Source: Candidatus Heimdallarchaeota archaeon
Lineage (GTDB): Archaea > Asgardarchaeota > Heimdallarchaeia > Hodarchaeales > Hodarchaeaceae
Assembly (NCBI GenBank): GCA_011364965.1
Contig: RDOB01000002.1
Coordinates: forward strand, 352,001 to 416,000
Direction of reading: 5' to 3'
DNA length: 64,000 nucleotides
In this document: positions 28,245 through 38,200 of the stretch, piece by piece
Layout: every line of letters starts with the position of its first letter
How positions within the stretch are numbered: the first letter of the stretch is position 1
Notes under the pieces: generated by a model
Told to the model about the DNA's origin: nothing
What the model saw: only the letters and a program-made list of their open reading frames with translations
Databases searched by the model: none
Made by a program: the position numbers and the translations under genes

Positions 28245-29699
28245 TTAAGATTCAATGTTTAGGATCTCTTTTACCATTTCAATTTTCTTATCTATGTTTG
28301 CTTGACGAGAAATCATTATTCTTTGGGCTTGTGGAGAACCTGCACCATGTAGAGACTCTGTTTTATAGCTAACCGCCGCTACACCCATTACCAAATTTTC
28401 TATAAACCTAAACAGGCTAAATCGATCCCTCGGAGACACAGATTCACATGTTGATAAATATTTATTTAATATAGGCCCAATTTCTGAATCATTTAAGTCA
28501 AGTTCACTTGGCATTGTACATATAATGCCCCCTGCTAGATCTTCTGCTAATCTGCCAATTTCATAGGGAAACCGTGTTACATTTTGTTTATTCACGTTTG
28601 CCAATAGCATATCCATTTCATAATTACCAGCTGGACGCTGTGAACCCTTAAGGCTGCAAGCCAATGCACAACACCATAAGGTTTCATTTAAATGAACCAT
28701 TTCAACTAATTTATCTCTGATATGAGAAGCTCGATGCACTCCATTATATTCAGCCGCTAATGCAGCCGCTCCTATTAGTACATCTCCTACACCGGTCTTA
28801 CAGGCATAAGATTGTCTGTGATATCCCGCAAAACGATTAACTAGATCCCCAGAGAACTCAATCTCCCCATTCATGAAAATTTGATTGGTGGGAATTACTA
28901 CATCATCAAAAATAACAAAAATTTCCTGACCACCAAATTTAAAATTCCCAATATCTAAGGTAGCTTCCTCCAGTTTTCTTTTATCACAGGATTGTCTACC
29001 ATAGACCATTGTAATTCCTTTTGCATTAGTATCGACTCCAAAACTAATAGCAAATTTCTCCTCTCCCTCTCTTAACGCTATCGTGGGCATTATAATTGCT
29101 CTGTGGGAATTTAAAAATCCGGTTTGGTGAACTTTTGCCCCCCGAACGACAATTTCATCATCATTTTCTTCTACGAGGTGTAAATATGCGTCAGGATTAG
29201 ATTGATTAATTGGTCTACCTCCTCTATCTCCTTTCGGATCAGTCATGCTTCCTGCTACAAATAAATCCTGCTTTTGCACCTCCTTCCAATATTCCTTAAA
29301 GTTGGTATGGTAATGCGTGCCATGATTTTGGTCTATTTCCCAACTCACACTAAAAAGAGCGTTTGCTGCGTCAAACCCAACACATCTTTGAAAGCAACAG
29401 GCAGTTTTTTGTCCAAGTAATCGTTGCATTTCAACTTTTTTAATCAAATCTTCAACCGATTGATGGATATGAGTAAATCGATTAATTGTTTCTCCAGTTA
29501 AATTGGATTTGGCAGTCATTAAATCTTTATATTCCTCTTGTTGAGCTAGTTCGTAGATTTTCTTTGCAGTATTGATTGAAGGTTCAATAATTTTGAAAAA
29601 AGGATGTTCCCAAAATCTTTTGATTTTTTCACCAAACATGAAAAGGGTTACTTCCCGTTTCAGGCTCTCAAAATATTCATCTGGAGTTTTTAGAGGCAT
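28245..29699 (-). CDS. abfD: 4-hydroxybutyryl-CoA dehydratase (HpaB/AbfD family), copy 1; start moved to MPLKT
   Basis: CFQRCVG and YHRQSYAC Fe-S ligands, MTDPKGDR, GAKxHQTG, ESLHGAGSPQAQ. Confidence 0.9.
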   Translation of the reverse strand: MPLKTPDEYFESLKREVTLFMFGEKIKRFWEHPFFKIIEPSINTAKKIYELAQQEEYKDLMTAKSNLTGETINRFTHIHQSVEDLIKKVEMQRLLGQKTACCFQRCVGFDAANALFSVSWEIDQNHGTHYHTNFKEYWKEVQKQDLFVAGSMTDPKGDRGGRPINQSNPDAYLHLVEENDDEIVVRGAKVHQTGFLNSHRAIIMPTIALREGEEKFAISFGVDTNAKGITMVYGRQSCDKRKLEEATLDIGNFKFGGQEIFVIFDDVVIPTNQIFMNGEIEFSGDLVNRFAGYHRQSYACKTGVGDVLIGAAALAAEYNGVHRASHIRDKLVEMVHLNETLWCCALACSLKGSQRPAGNYEMDMLLANVNKQNVTRFPYEIGRLAEDLAGGIICTMPSELDLNDSEIGPILNKYLSTCESVSPRDRFSLFRFIENLVMGVAAVSYKTESLHGAGSPQAQRIMISRQANIDKKIEMVKEILNIES

Positions 29700-29823
29700 T
29701 TCTAACACCTTAAATTTATACACATAACTCAGTTTATTAATTATTTTGATGAAAGAATGTAAAGCGAAACTGCCAAAAATTCTTATTCACTTATTATGTG
29801 AAGGGATAATTATCTCAAAATAG

Positions 29824-30612
29824 ATGGTCAGAATGAACAATGAGTATTTGGAAATAGCCAAAATAGCAGCAAAAGAAGCTGGTGAGATTTTAAAGGAATA
29901 TTACGGTAAATTTCTCCACATTACTAGAAAAGAGGATGATAGCATTGTAACAGGAGCAGATTTGGCATCTGACTCTATTATAAGGAATATAATAAAAGAA
30001 AAGTATCCAAATCATTCGTTTCTAAGCGAGGAGAGCGGAAAAGAAGAGATATTATCGGATTATAAATGGATAATTGATCCATTAGATGGAACTACAAATT
30101 TTACCATTTTAAATCCATTTTTTGCAGTTTCAATTGGCTTAGTATTTAGAGATACTCCCCTCATAGGTGTAGTTTATTTTCCTCTCCAAAAGGAGATTTT
30201 TTATGCCATAAAAGGTAAAGGAGCGTTCTTGGAACATCAGGTTTTACAGGTTAATTCTGAAGCAAGTTTATCAAGCTCATTTATTACATACTGCAATGGA
30301 AGAGATCTTAATTCTCGAAAAAAAATTATAGAATTGTACTCCGAATTGAAATTAAGAAATAATCATGTAAGACAAATTGGAGCTGCAGCTTTAGAATTAG
30401 CCTATGTAGCCTCTGGGCGAACAGGGGCTTTCCTTTTGCCAGGTGTCAGTGCTTGGGATGTAATTGCTGGAGTTTTATTAGTTAAAGAATCCAAGGGAAT
30501 TACTACTGATTTCAATGGAAATCCGTTCTCATTAGAATCAAAAACCCTTTTAGCAGCCCCTCCAAAGCTACATAGTGAAATATTGGAAATTATCATGAAT
30601 CTCTCAAATTAA
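29824..30612 (+). CDS. Inositol monophosphatase / FBPase family
   Basis: SEE, WIIDPLDGTTNF, GAAAL and WDVIAG motifs. Confidence 0.93.
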   Translation: MVRMNNEYLEIAKIAAKEAGEILKEYYGKFLHITRKEDDSIVTGADLASDSIIRNIIKEKYPNHSFLSEESGKEEILSDYKWIIDPLDGTTNFTILNPFFAVSIGLVFRDTPLIGVVYFPLQKEIFYAIKGKGAFLEHQVLQVNSEASLSSSFITYCNGRDLNSRKKIIELYSELKLRNNHVRQIGAAALELAYVASGRTGAFLLPGVSAWDVIAGVLLVKESKGITTDFNGNPFSLESKTLLAAPPKLHSEILEIIMNLSN

Positions 30613-30662
30613 CACCTTTCAGCATATATAGAAAGTTAAAATTATGGATATGTTATAATAGT

Positions 30663-31625
30663 ATGTCAAAATACCCCAAAATTAAGGTTTATCTAATAAC
30701 TGGATTTCTAGGGACTGGGAAAACAACTTTAATCCAAAATCTATTACCTCATTTCAGGTCTTCTATCATTGGTGTACTTATTAATGAGTTTGGGGAAATT
30801 GGAATTGACAGTCAGCTTATTCCTTTGAATCCACCATCATTAATCGAGGTTATAGGGGGTTCAATATTTTGTCAATGTTGCCGAGAACATTTTCTGCAAG
30901 CATTGTTTAAATTCTCTACTTCCGCTATCGAAATATTACTCATAGAAACATCTGGTCTATCTGATCCCACTCCTTTCTTAATTGATTTTCAACTTGTTCA
31001 AGAGAAAACTAACGAGGCGTTTGAATACAAAGGTTGTATTTGTGTTGTAGATACACCTCGTTTTTTGGAGACACATGCAGCTTTGGATGTTGTTAATAAA
31101 CAAATAATAAGTTCAGAAATAGTTCTTATTAATAAAATCGATTTAGCAGATATTGATACAATTGAAAGGGTAAAAAACCAGATTTTAAACATTAAAGAAA
31201 ATCTAAATATTTACAAAACAACTTATTGTCAAATATTACTCGATTTTTTGAATCAGCTAGAAATGTCTCCCATTACTATTATAAATCGGGATTTTAGTAA
31301 TAGCTCAGTAACGACATCTCATATGGATATTAATCTTACCTCTATCACGCTATTAAATAGAAATAATTTATTATCTTTCCTTAATGCTATAGCTCCAAAA
31401 TCCAGAAGAATTAAAGGATTTGTAAGACTAGAAGATAATTATCTATACTATGTAGATTGTGTAGATCAGGAGATAAAGCTAGAAAAAAAGGATCTGAATA
31501 TTATAGAATCCAAAATAGTAGTAATTTTTTGTGAAGGGATTGATATTACAGAAATTTCTAGCGTTTTCGATAAGTGGGAAACCTTGATTGCTAGTTATTC
31601 AGGAAGAAGTGGAATGTCAAAATAG
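30663..31625 (+). CDS. CobW/COG0523 G3E metallochaperone GTPase
   Basis: GFLGTGKTT, NEFG, CQCC, ETSG, NKID and CobW_C-like RIKGFV. Confidence 0.9.
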   Translation: MSKYPKIKVYLITGFLGTGKTTLIQNLLPHFRSSIIGVLINEFGEIGIDSQLIPLNPPSLIEVIGGSIFCQCCREHFLQALFKFSTSAIEILLIETSGLSDPTPFLIDFQLVQEKTNEAFEYKGCICVVDTPRFLETHAALDVVNKQIISSEIVLINKIDLADIDTIERVKNQILNIKENLNIYKTTYCQILLDFLNQLEMSPITIINRDFSNSSVTTSHMDINLTSITLLNRNNLLSFLNAIAPKSRRIKGFVRLEDNYLYYVDCVDQEIKLEKKDLNIIESKIVVIFCEGIDITEISSVFDKWETLIASYSGRSGMSK

Positions 31626-33211
31626 AATATAACTCCATTATCAATTTTACTTTCAACCCATATCTTTCCACCATGGGTTTCAATAATTTTTTTGACATTT
31701 GCAAGGCCAATACCACTTCCTGTGACACCTAAAGGATTGGGGATTCGTGTGAAAAGCTGAAAAATCTTGGAATGATATTTTTTAGGGATTCCTGTCCCCG
31801 TATCTTTAACATAAATTGTTACAAAGTCTTTTCGTTTTTCATACATACCAATTTTAATTTCTCGTTCCTTACTTTCACCCATGTATTTTATACTATTATC
31901 TATTAAATTATCAAAAACCTGTATGAAACGAGTTCGTTCAACATATACATCAGGTAGATCTTTTTCAATATTTACTTCAATATTTGAGGCCTGTAAGCTT
32001 GGTAAAAACCCATTAACAACTTCAACGACAATTTCATTAAGAGGATAGAACCCTTTTCTTTCAATGGTATGTCCTATTCGGGAATAATCAACAATATCAT
32101 TAATTATTTTATTCATCTGATCAATTTTATTCTCAATGCGCTCAAAAAAGGTGAATAGTTCGTGATCTATTCTATCGCTCTGTACATTCTTTTTAATCAG
32201 TTCAGAAAATCCAGCTATGGAATGCAGGGGGGTTTTTAAGTCGTGCGAGATGGTATATACAAATTCTTCTAATTCTTTTGATTTTCCCTGAAGTCTATCG
32301 TTTATTCGAGTGAGCTCTTCATTTGCTTGAGACAATTCAACTGTTCGATCTTTTACCAATTTCTCAAGGCGTGTCCGATACTCATGAAGCTCGGTATTAT
32401 CATTAAAAGCACTCAAGATAACTTTCTCCCCTCCTAGTTCGAAAGTATTCATATTCAGTAGAGAAGGGAAGCTTGTTCCATCTTTTCTCCTTAAAGGTAC
32501 CTCTTTTCCTCTGATAGTGCCTTTCTTTTCAATGAGACTAAGCATTTCCTGTCTATCTTGAGGATTAATCCAAAACTCGGTAGAGGAGATCCTTTTGATT
32601 TCATTTCTTTCATAACCCAATATCCTAAGTAGGGCATCGTTATATTCAATCATCTCTCCGTCATAGGTAGCAATCCCAATCCCAATCGGAACAGACTCAA
32701 ATAATATTCGATACTTTTCTTCACTTTCTTTTAAAGCTTCTTCCACGTCTTTTTGTTTTGAAACATTCATTATAGAAAATATGATTTTAGATAAATCGTG
32801 TTCGTGACCAGGTACAACAACACTTCGTAAAGCAACATCAATCTTTTCTCCAGATAATGTCTTGTTGATTAATTCTGCTTCAAAAACTCGTTCTCCTTCA
32901 GATATTGCGACTATTTCCTCAACAAAAGATGCATATGAATCCTCTGATAGTAATTTTCTAATATTGCCTAAAAGATCTTCTTTCTTTTCTGCGCCATAAA
33001 TCTCCATTGCTCTTTTATTTACATCAGTAATTTTAGCTAGCTCTAATAATTTTTCAATCTGCTCTGGTCTTGATTTAAGATATTTGGCCAAATTTTTTAT
33101 TTTACGTTTTTTTAAGGTGTCAAGATAAAGCTTAACTTCGCTGAAATCTTCCTCAAACTGACAGATAGGAGATTCCTCAAAAAGAACGCGATATCTATCC
33201 TCAGATTCCAT
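31595..33211 (-). CDS. Cytoplasmic PAS-PAS sensor histidine kinase
   Basis: Two PAS/PAC repeats, coiled coil, H-box SHDLKTPL, N-box NLIDNSIKY, G-boxes DTGTGI and GSGIGL. Confidence 0.94.
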   Translation of the reverse strand: MESEDRYRVLFEESPICQFEEDFSEVKLYLDTLKKRKIKNLAKYLKSRPEQIEKLLELAKITDVNKRAMEIYGAEKKEDLLGNIRKLLSEDSYASFVEEIVAISEGERVFEAELINKTLSGEKIDVALRSVVVPGHEHDLSKIIFSIMNVSKQKDVEEALKESEEKYRILFESVPIGIGIATYDGEMIEYNDALLRILGYERNEIKRISSTEFWINPQDRQEMLSLIEKKGTIRGKEVPLRRKDGTSFPSLLNMNTFELGGEKVILSAFNDNTELHEYRTRLEKLVKDRTVELSQANEELTRINDRLQGKSKELEEFVYTISHDLKTPLHSIAGFSELIKKNVQSDRIDHELFTFFERIENKIDQMNKIINDIVDYSRIGHTIERKGFYPLNEIVVEVVNGFLPSLQASNIEVNIEKDLPDVYVERTRFIQVFDNLIDNSIKYMGESKEREIKIGMYEKRKDFVTIYVKDTGTGIPKKYHSKIFQLFTRIPNPLGVTGSGIGLANVKKIIETHGGKIWVESKIDNGVIFYFDIPLLPE

Positions 33212-33408
33212 TTCTAAAGACCCTCAATCAGAAGAATACAATAAACTAAAGTTTAATCCTTACAATTAAACTTAAAGCTTGAATTCTATTTAAATAATAG
33301 CATATAGATTTTGTTAGACAATGAATAGAGAAAAATCAAATCTGGATATATGAAAATCATCGTAGATCTGATGAGTATTCCAATGATAATAAAAATAAAA
33401 TATGAAAA

Positions 33409-33428
33409 ATTAGCTTCGCGAAACTAAT
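33409..33428. promoter_or_regulatory. Near-perfect 20-bp palindrome in the divergent kinase/abfD intergenic region
   Basis: ATTAGCTTCGCGAAACTAAT (one mismatched pair). Confidence 0.3.
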
Positions 33429-33549
33429 GCGGTTAAGATTTAAGTTAATAAAGATGAGTCTGGTGGCATAGATATACCATAGATATATAACCATTAGAAT
33501 TATCCTTCTTTAAAACCTAAAAACATTTGAATTTCAAATTGGTGGTAAA

Positions 33550-34995
33550 ATGAAGACATCTGAGGAATATAGAGCAAAACTTTACAATATGAAACCTAAT
33601 GTCTATATAGATGGAGATATTGTAAATAGAAAAGATAATAGACTAGAAGGATCGATTACAACTATCTGTAAAACATTTGACATGATAAATGATCCTGAAT
33701 TAAAGGATTTACTAGTTACCACTTCTCATATTTCTAATGAAAAGATAAATCGGTTCACTCATATTCATCAAACTGTGGATGACCTCCTGAAAAAACAAGA
33801 AATGACACGTAAGATATGTCATTATACTGGTGGATGTATCTTTAGATGTATGGGAGTAGATGCGATGAATTCATTGTCTATAATTACATCAAAAGCTGAA
33901 ATGATGACGGGTCGTCCTTATAATCAAAGATGGTTGAAATATCTCAAATATTGGCAGAAAAATGATATTGTAGGGTGTTGTGCACAAACCGATGCAAAAG
34001 GAGATCGATCATTAAGACCCCATCAGCAAGCAGATCCAGATTTGTACGTTCGAGTGGTTGAAGAACGTGAAGATGGTATTATTGTCCGTGGAGCAAAAAA
34101 TCATATTACAGCAGCTGCTATCGCTGAAGAAATAATTGTAACTCCTACGCGTTTTTTAACTTCTGAGGAAGATAAATATGCAGTATCTTTTGCAATACCT
34201 GGAGATTGGGACGGAGTTTATCTAGTTACTCGTGCTTCAAACATGAAACAACGTGAGCATATCCCCTGCCCAGCTGGTGCTTTTGGAGATGTTGAAACTA
34301 CTGTTATCTTTGATGATACTTTTATTCCTAATGACCGTGTTTTTCTTGGAGGTGCGCCTGGAGAGCATCAATTTGGAGGATGGCTTGCTTTATTGTTCGC
34401 ATTATATCATCGTCACAGTTATACCGGATGCAAACCTTCCTCTACTGATATCATTCTAGGATATTGCGCCTTAGTAAGTGAGTATAGTGGGATTGAAAAT
34501 CAAAAACATGTTCAATCCAAACTAGCTGATTTAATAAGTGTCGCAGAATTAGTCTATGCTAGTGGGATAGCAGCAGCATATAAAGCCACAAAGGATGAAA
34601 CCTGCGGAACAATGATACCTGATCCAATGTTTTGTAATGTGGGTAGAAAACATGCTGGTAAGAATTATTATCATGAGCTAGAGACACTTGCTGATCTTTC
34701 TGGAGGTTTACCCGCCACTCTTCCTTTTGAGAAAGATTTTTTCAGTGAAGAACGGATTGGGGAATTACTTCAGAAGTATATCAAACGAAAAGCTGACGTT
34801 CCTGCAGAGGACATTTATAAACTCTATCGAACTCTTTCTGATGTTCTATGTTCTTCTATTGGCGGAGTAATATCGGTTGCTGGGGTTCATGGTGGAGGTA
34901 GTCCAGTAATGGAAGACATTGCAATACTTAAGCAGTATGATATTGATGCTCGAAAGAAAATAGCAAGATATCTAGCGGGAATTAAATACGATTAA
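33550..34995 (+). CDS. 4-hydroxybutyryl-CoA dehydratase-like (HpaB/AbfD family), copy 2
   Basis: CIFRCMG and YHRHSYTGC ligands, QTDAKGDRS, GAKNHIT, HGGGSP. Confidence 0.88.
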   Translation: MKTSEEYRAKLYNMKPNVYIDGDIVNRKDNRLEGSITTICKTFDMINDPELKDLLVTTSHISNEKINRFTHIHQTVDDLLKKQEMTRKICHYTGGCIFRCMGVDAMNSLSIITSKAEMMTGRPYNQRWLKYLKYWQKNDIVGCCAQTDAKGDRSLRPHQQADPDLYVRVVEEREDGIIVRGAKNHITAAAIAEEIIVTPTRFLTSEEDKYAVSFAIPGDWDGVYLVTRASNMKQREHIPCPAGAFGDVETTVIFDDTFIPNDRVFLGGAPGEHQFGGWLALLFALYHRHSYTGCKPSSTDIILGYCALVSEYSGIENQKHVQSKLADLISVAELVYASGIAAAYKATKDETCGTMIPDPMFCNVGRKHAGKNYYHELETLADLSGGLPATLPFEKDFFSEERIGELLQKYIKRKADVPAEDIYKLYRTLSDVLCSSIGGVISVAGVHGGGSPVMEDIAILKQYDIDARKKIARYLAGIKYD

Positions 34996-34997
34996 AG

Positions 34998-35036
34998 AAA
35001 GCGACAAAAATCGCTTTTTCTTTTCTTTTCCTTTCC
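34998..35036 (+). terminator. Hairpin plus pyrimidine tract after abfD copy 2
   Basis: AAAGCGA-CAAAAA-TCGCTTT followed by TTCTTTTCTTTTCC. Confidence 0.55.
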
Positions 35037-35265
35037 TATTAATTGCTGCTTAGGGTACTACCACATGAATTCGCTTTATATATAAAGATCATCTTTAAAA
35101 GCCCTAACGTGTTACCCGTCTTCAGAATGAAGAATAAACTTTATTTAGGGGTAAAATTAACTAGATGGTATTCGCAATGTTGACACTCTTAAATCAGTTT
35201 TCCCAAAATGTGTCTATTAAACTGCGAATGGAGAAAAGGAAGATCTTGGATTAAAGGCCATTTTT

Positions 35266-38200
35266 ATGTCCTTATTAATTCTCAAGATTATAAACCATGA
35301 ACTCTATCTAGGACGAGATATACGTTTGACTATTCAAGTAACCCAAAGATTAATTAAGAAGCGTACAGGCCAGATAGTCGTTCATAATCCTGATAAGCTT
35401 CTATCTGCTATTTATCGTGCTCAACAAAGCTTAGGAAAGGGGGATGAAAAACTTGCTGCTGCTATTGCGAAAGAAGTAGATCAAAAATTAGATGAAGAAT
35501 TCTTTTCAAAAAATATCATTCCTGATGTAGAGCAAATTCAAGACATTGTTGAAGAATTTCTTATGAACTGGGGTCTATTTGATGTAGCTAAAGCCTATAT
35601 TGTTTATCGTCATGAAAGAACACGGATCAGGAATAAGCAGAATGTCATTATGGACGTCAAAGAAACCATTGAACAATATTTGGGTGTTGAAGAGGAAGGG
35701 AGAAGGAAAGATTGGCGAGTTAAAGAAAATGCTAACCAAGATTTTGATTATCCTGGATTGAATGCTTATATTTCTGGAAGTCATCTTGCTCGATATGGAT
35801 TATACACTCTCTACCCTCCCGAAATAGCTGAGGCACATGTTACTGGACATATTCACATTCATGATTTAAGCAACAGCATCGTTGGATATTGCGCAGGATG
35901 GAGTCTGCAATTACTTCTACAAAAAGGATTTGGAGGAGTAAAAGGTAGAGTAGCATCCAGTCCACCAAAGCATTTGGATTCCGCAATTAATCAGATAATA
36001 ACCTTTCTTGGGACGTTACAGAATGAATTCGCTGGCGCACAAGCATTCTCGTCTGTAGATACTTTATTGGCACCATTCATTCGGCAAAGATTCAGTAAAA
36101 GCGTTGAAAAAATCCTAAGACAGACATTTTCTCTTAAAGCAAACGGAAATGTATATTTGCTATTAGATCTTCTTTATGGGTATAACAAAGGCACAAATAA
36201 TATAGAAACAATTCATAAACTACTTGAAAATCTCTATCCAGACATCATATTTTCAACTGAGTTACTAAATACATTTCTTCGGTCCTTTAACGAGGAATAT
36301 GAGGAAAATGTTGCATTTATCAGGCAAAATATTCAAAATCTGATATATGCTGTTAATCAAACCTCCCGTTGGGGAGGACAGTGTGTTACCGAGGATACTC
36401 AATGCTTAACTGATAATGGATGGAAATCTTACGACAAAATAGATCTTTTTCGTGATAAAATCGCAACATTTAATGGTAGGACTCATCTTATTGAATACTT
36501 AAGTCCCCAGATGATTAACGTTTTTGATTATGATGATCAACTTATTAGTATTAAAAATCGCTCCCAAGATCAACTTGTAACTCCAAATCACCGAGTTTTA
36601 AGGAAGGTATTCAATACTGATCGGTTTGAATTAATAAAAGCTGATAAGTTGTCAAATTTTAAGACAAGGATTCAGATTCCTAATTCAGCAGTAACAAGCT
36701 CAGTTACAGAAATTGAAGATCACATCGTAGAATTAATCGCATGGCTTGTAAGTGAAGGTAGTTTCAGTACAGGTCCAAGAGAGAGAGTTCATATTTATCA
36801 AAGTGCGAATAATATCAAGTATGTTCGTTCAATTCGTAAATGTTTGAGAAAGAACGGATTTAAATGGGATGAACAGAAAAGATTACATGGTTTTGCAGAA
36901 CATGAGTTGATCAGGTTCAGACTGAATCAAGCTAGCTCTCGACGGGTAAGAAATATAATCAACAAAAAGAAAATCCCCAAATTTGTCAAAAACTTGTCAA
37001 AAAGGCAATTACGGTTATTCCTCGAAACATATGTTCAAGGGGATGGTCATATTGATGAGAAGGGGAGGATTAGAATTTACACTAAAGATGAAGATATTAA
37101 GAACTCCCTCCAGGAATTGTGTGTATTAGCTAGGTTTGGTTCTACGGTAAATGTGCAATCTAATGGAGTTTATACTATTAATATTATCAGGAATTCTATT
37201 ACAAATATCACAAAGATAACAAAAAAAGCTTATTCAGGAAAAGTTTGGTGTCCTACAACAACGAACGGGACCTTTGTTGCCCGAAGAAAAGATAAAACTT
37301 TCATCACTGGAAACTCCCCATTTGTCAATTTATCCTTTGATTGGACTATTCCTTCAGATTTAGCTGACCAATATGCCATCATTTCTGGAAAAGCTTTCTC
37401 TAAAATTTTATATAAAGACTGTCAAACTGAAGTAGACATTTTCAATCGCGTTTTTATCGAGGAGATGTCTCGAGGGGACAAACATAATCGCGTTTTCACC
37501 TTTCCAATACCAACTTATTCTATTACTCGAAATTTTGATTGGGATCATCCAAATGTCGATATATTGATGAAATTGACATCAAAATATGGAACCCCTTACT
37601 TCCAAAATTATAGTGGATCAGGTTTAGAACCAAGCTCTATTCGTGCTATGTGCTGTCGCTTGAATTTAAATATTTTGGAATTGAAAAGTCGTCCTGGGGG
37701 AATGTGGAATATTGGTGATTCTACAGGATCAATTGGTGTTGTCACGATTAATCTAAATCGTTTAGGATATCAAGCGGTTAATGAAGACGATTTCTTCAAC
37801 CGCTTGAAAAAATATATGGAGATATCGAAGGTTTCTCTTGAGATAAAGCGAAAAGAAGTGAGTAGAAATCTCAAAAACGGAATGATGGCCTATGCACGTG
37901 AATATCTACCTCATGGTTTTAAAACCTATTTTTCTACTATTGGATTATGTGGTATGCACGAATGTTGTTTGAATTTTTTAGGTGAAGGGATAGAAACTGA
38001 AATAGGCAAGATTTTTGCACGAAAAGTGCTCAATTTTATGAGGGAGGTATGTGATGAATTTAAGAATGAAACAGGTAACCTTTACAATTTAGAGGCTACT
38101 CCTGCAGAGAGCACATCATTTCGATTCGCAAAGCTTGATAAAAAGTACTATCCCACAATTATATGTTCAGGAACAATAGAAACTCCTTTCTTGACGAATT

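Noticed and set aside
28245-34995. 4-hydroxyphenylacetate 3-monooxygenase annotation, or proof of autotrophy
   Set aside because: The Fe-S ligands indicate the dehydratase branch of the family, and no other carbon-fixation cycle genes are in the window.
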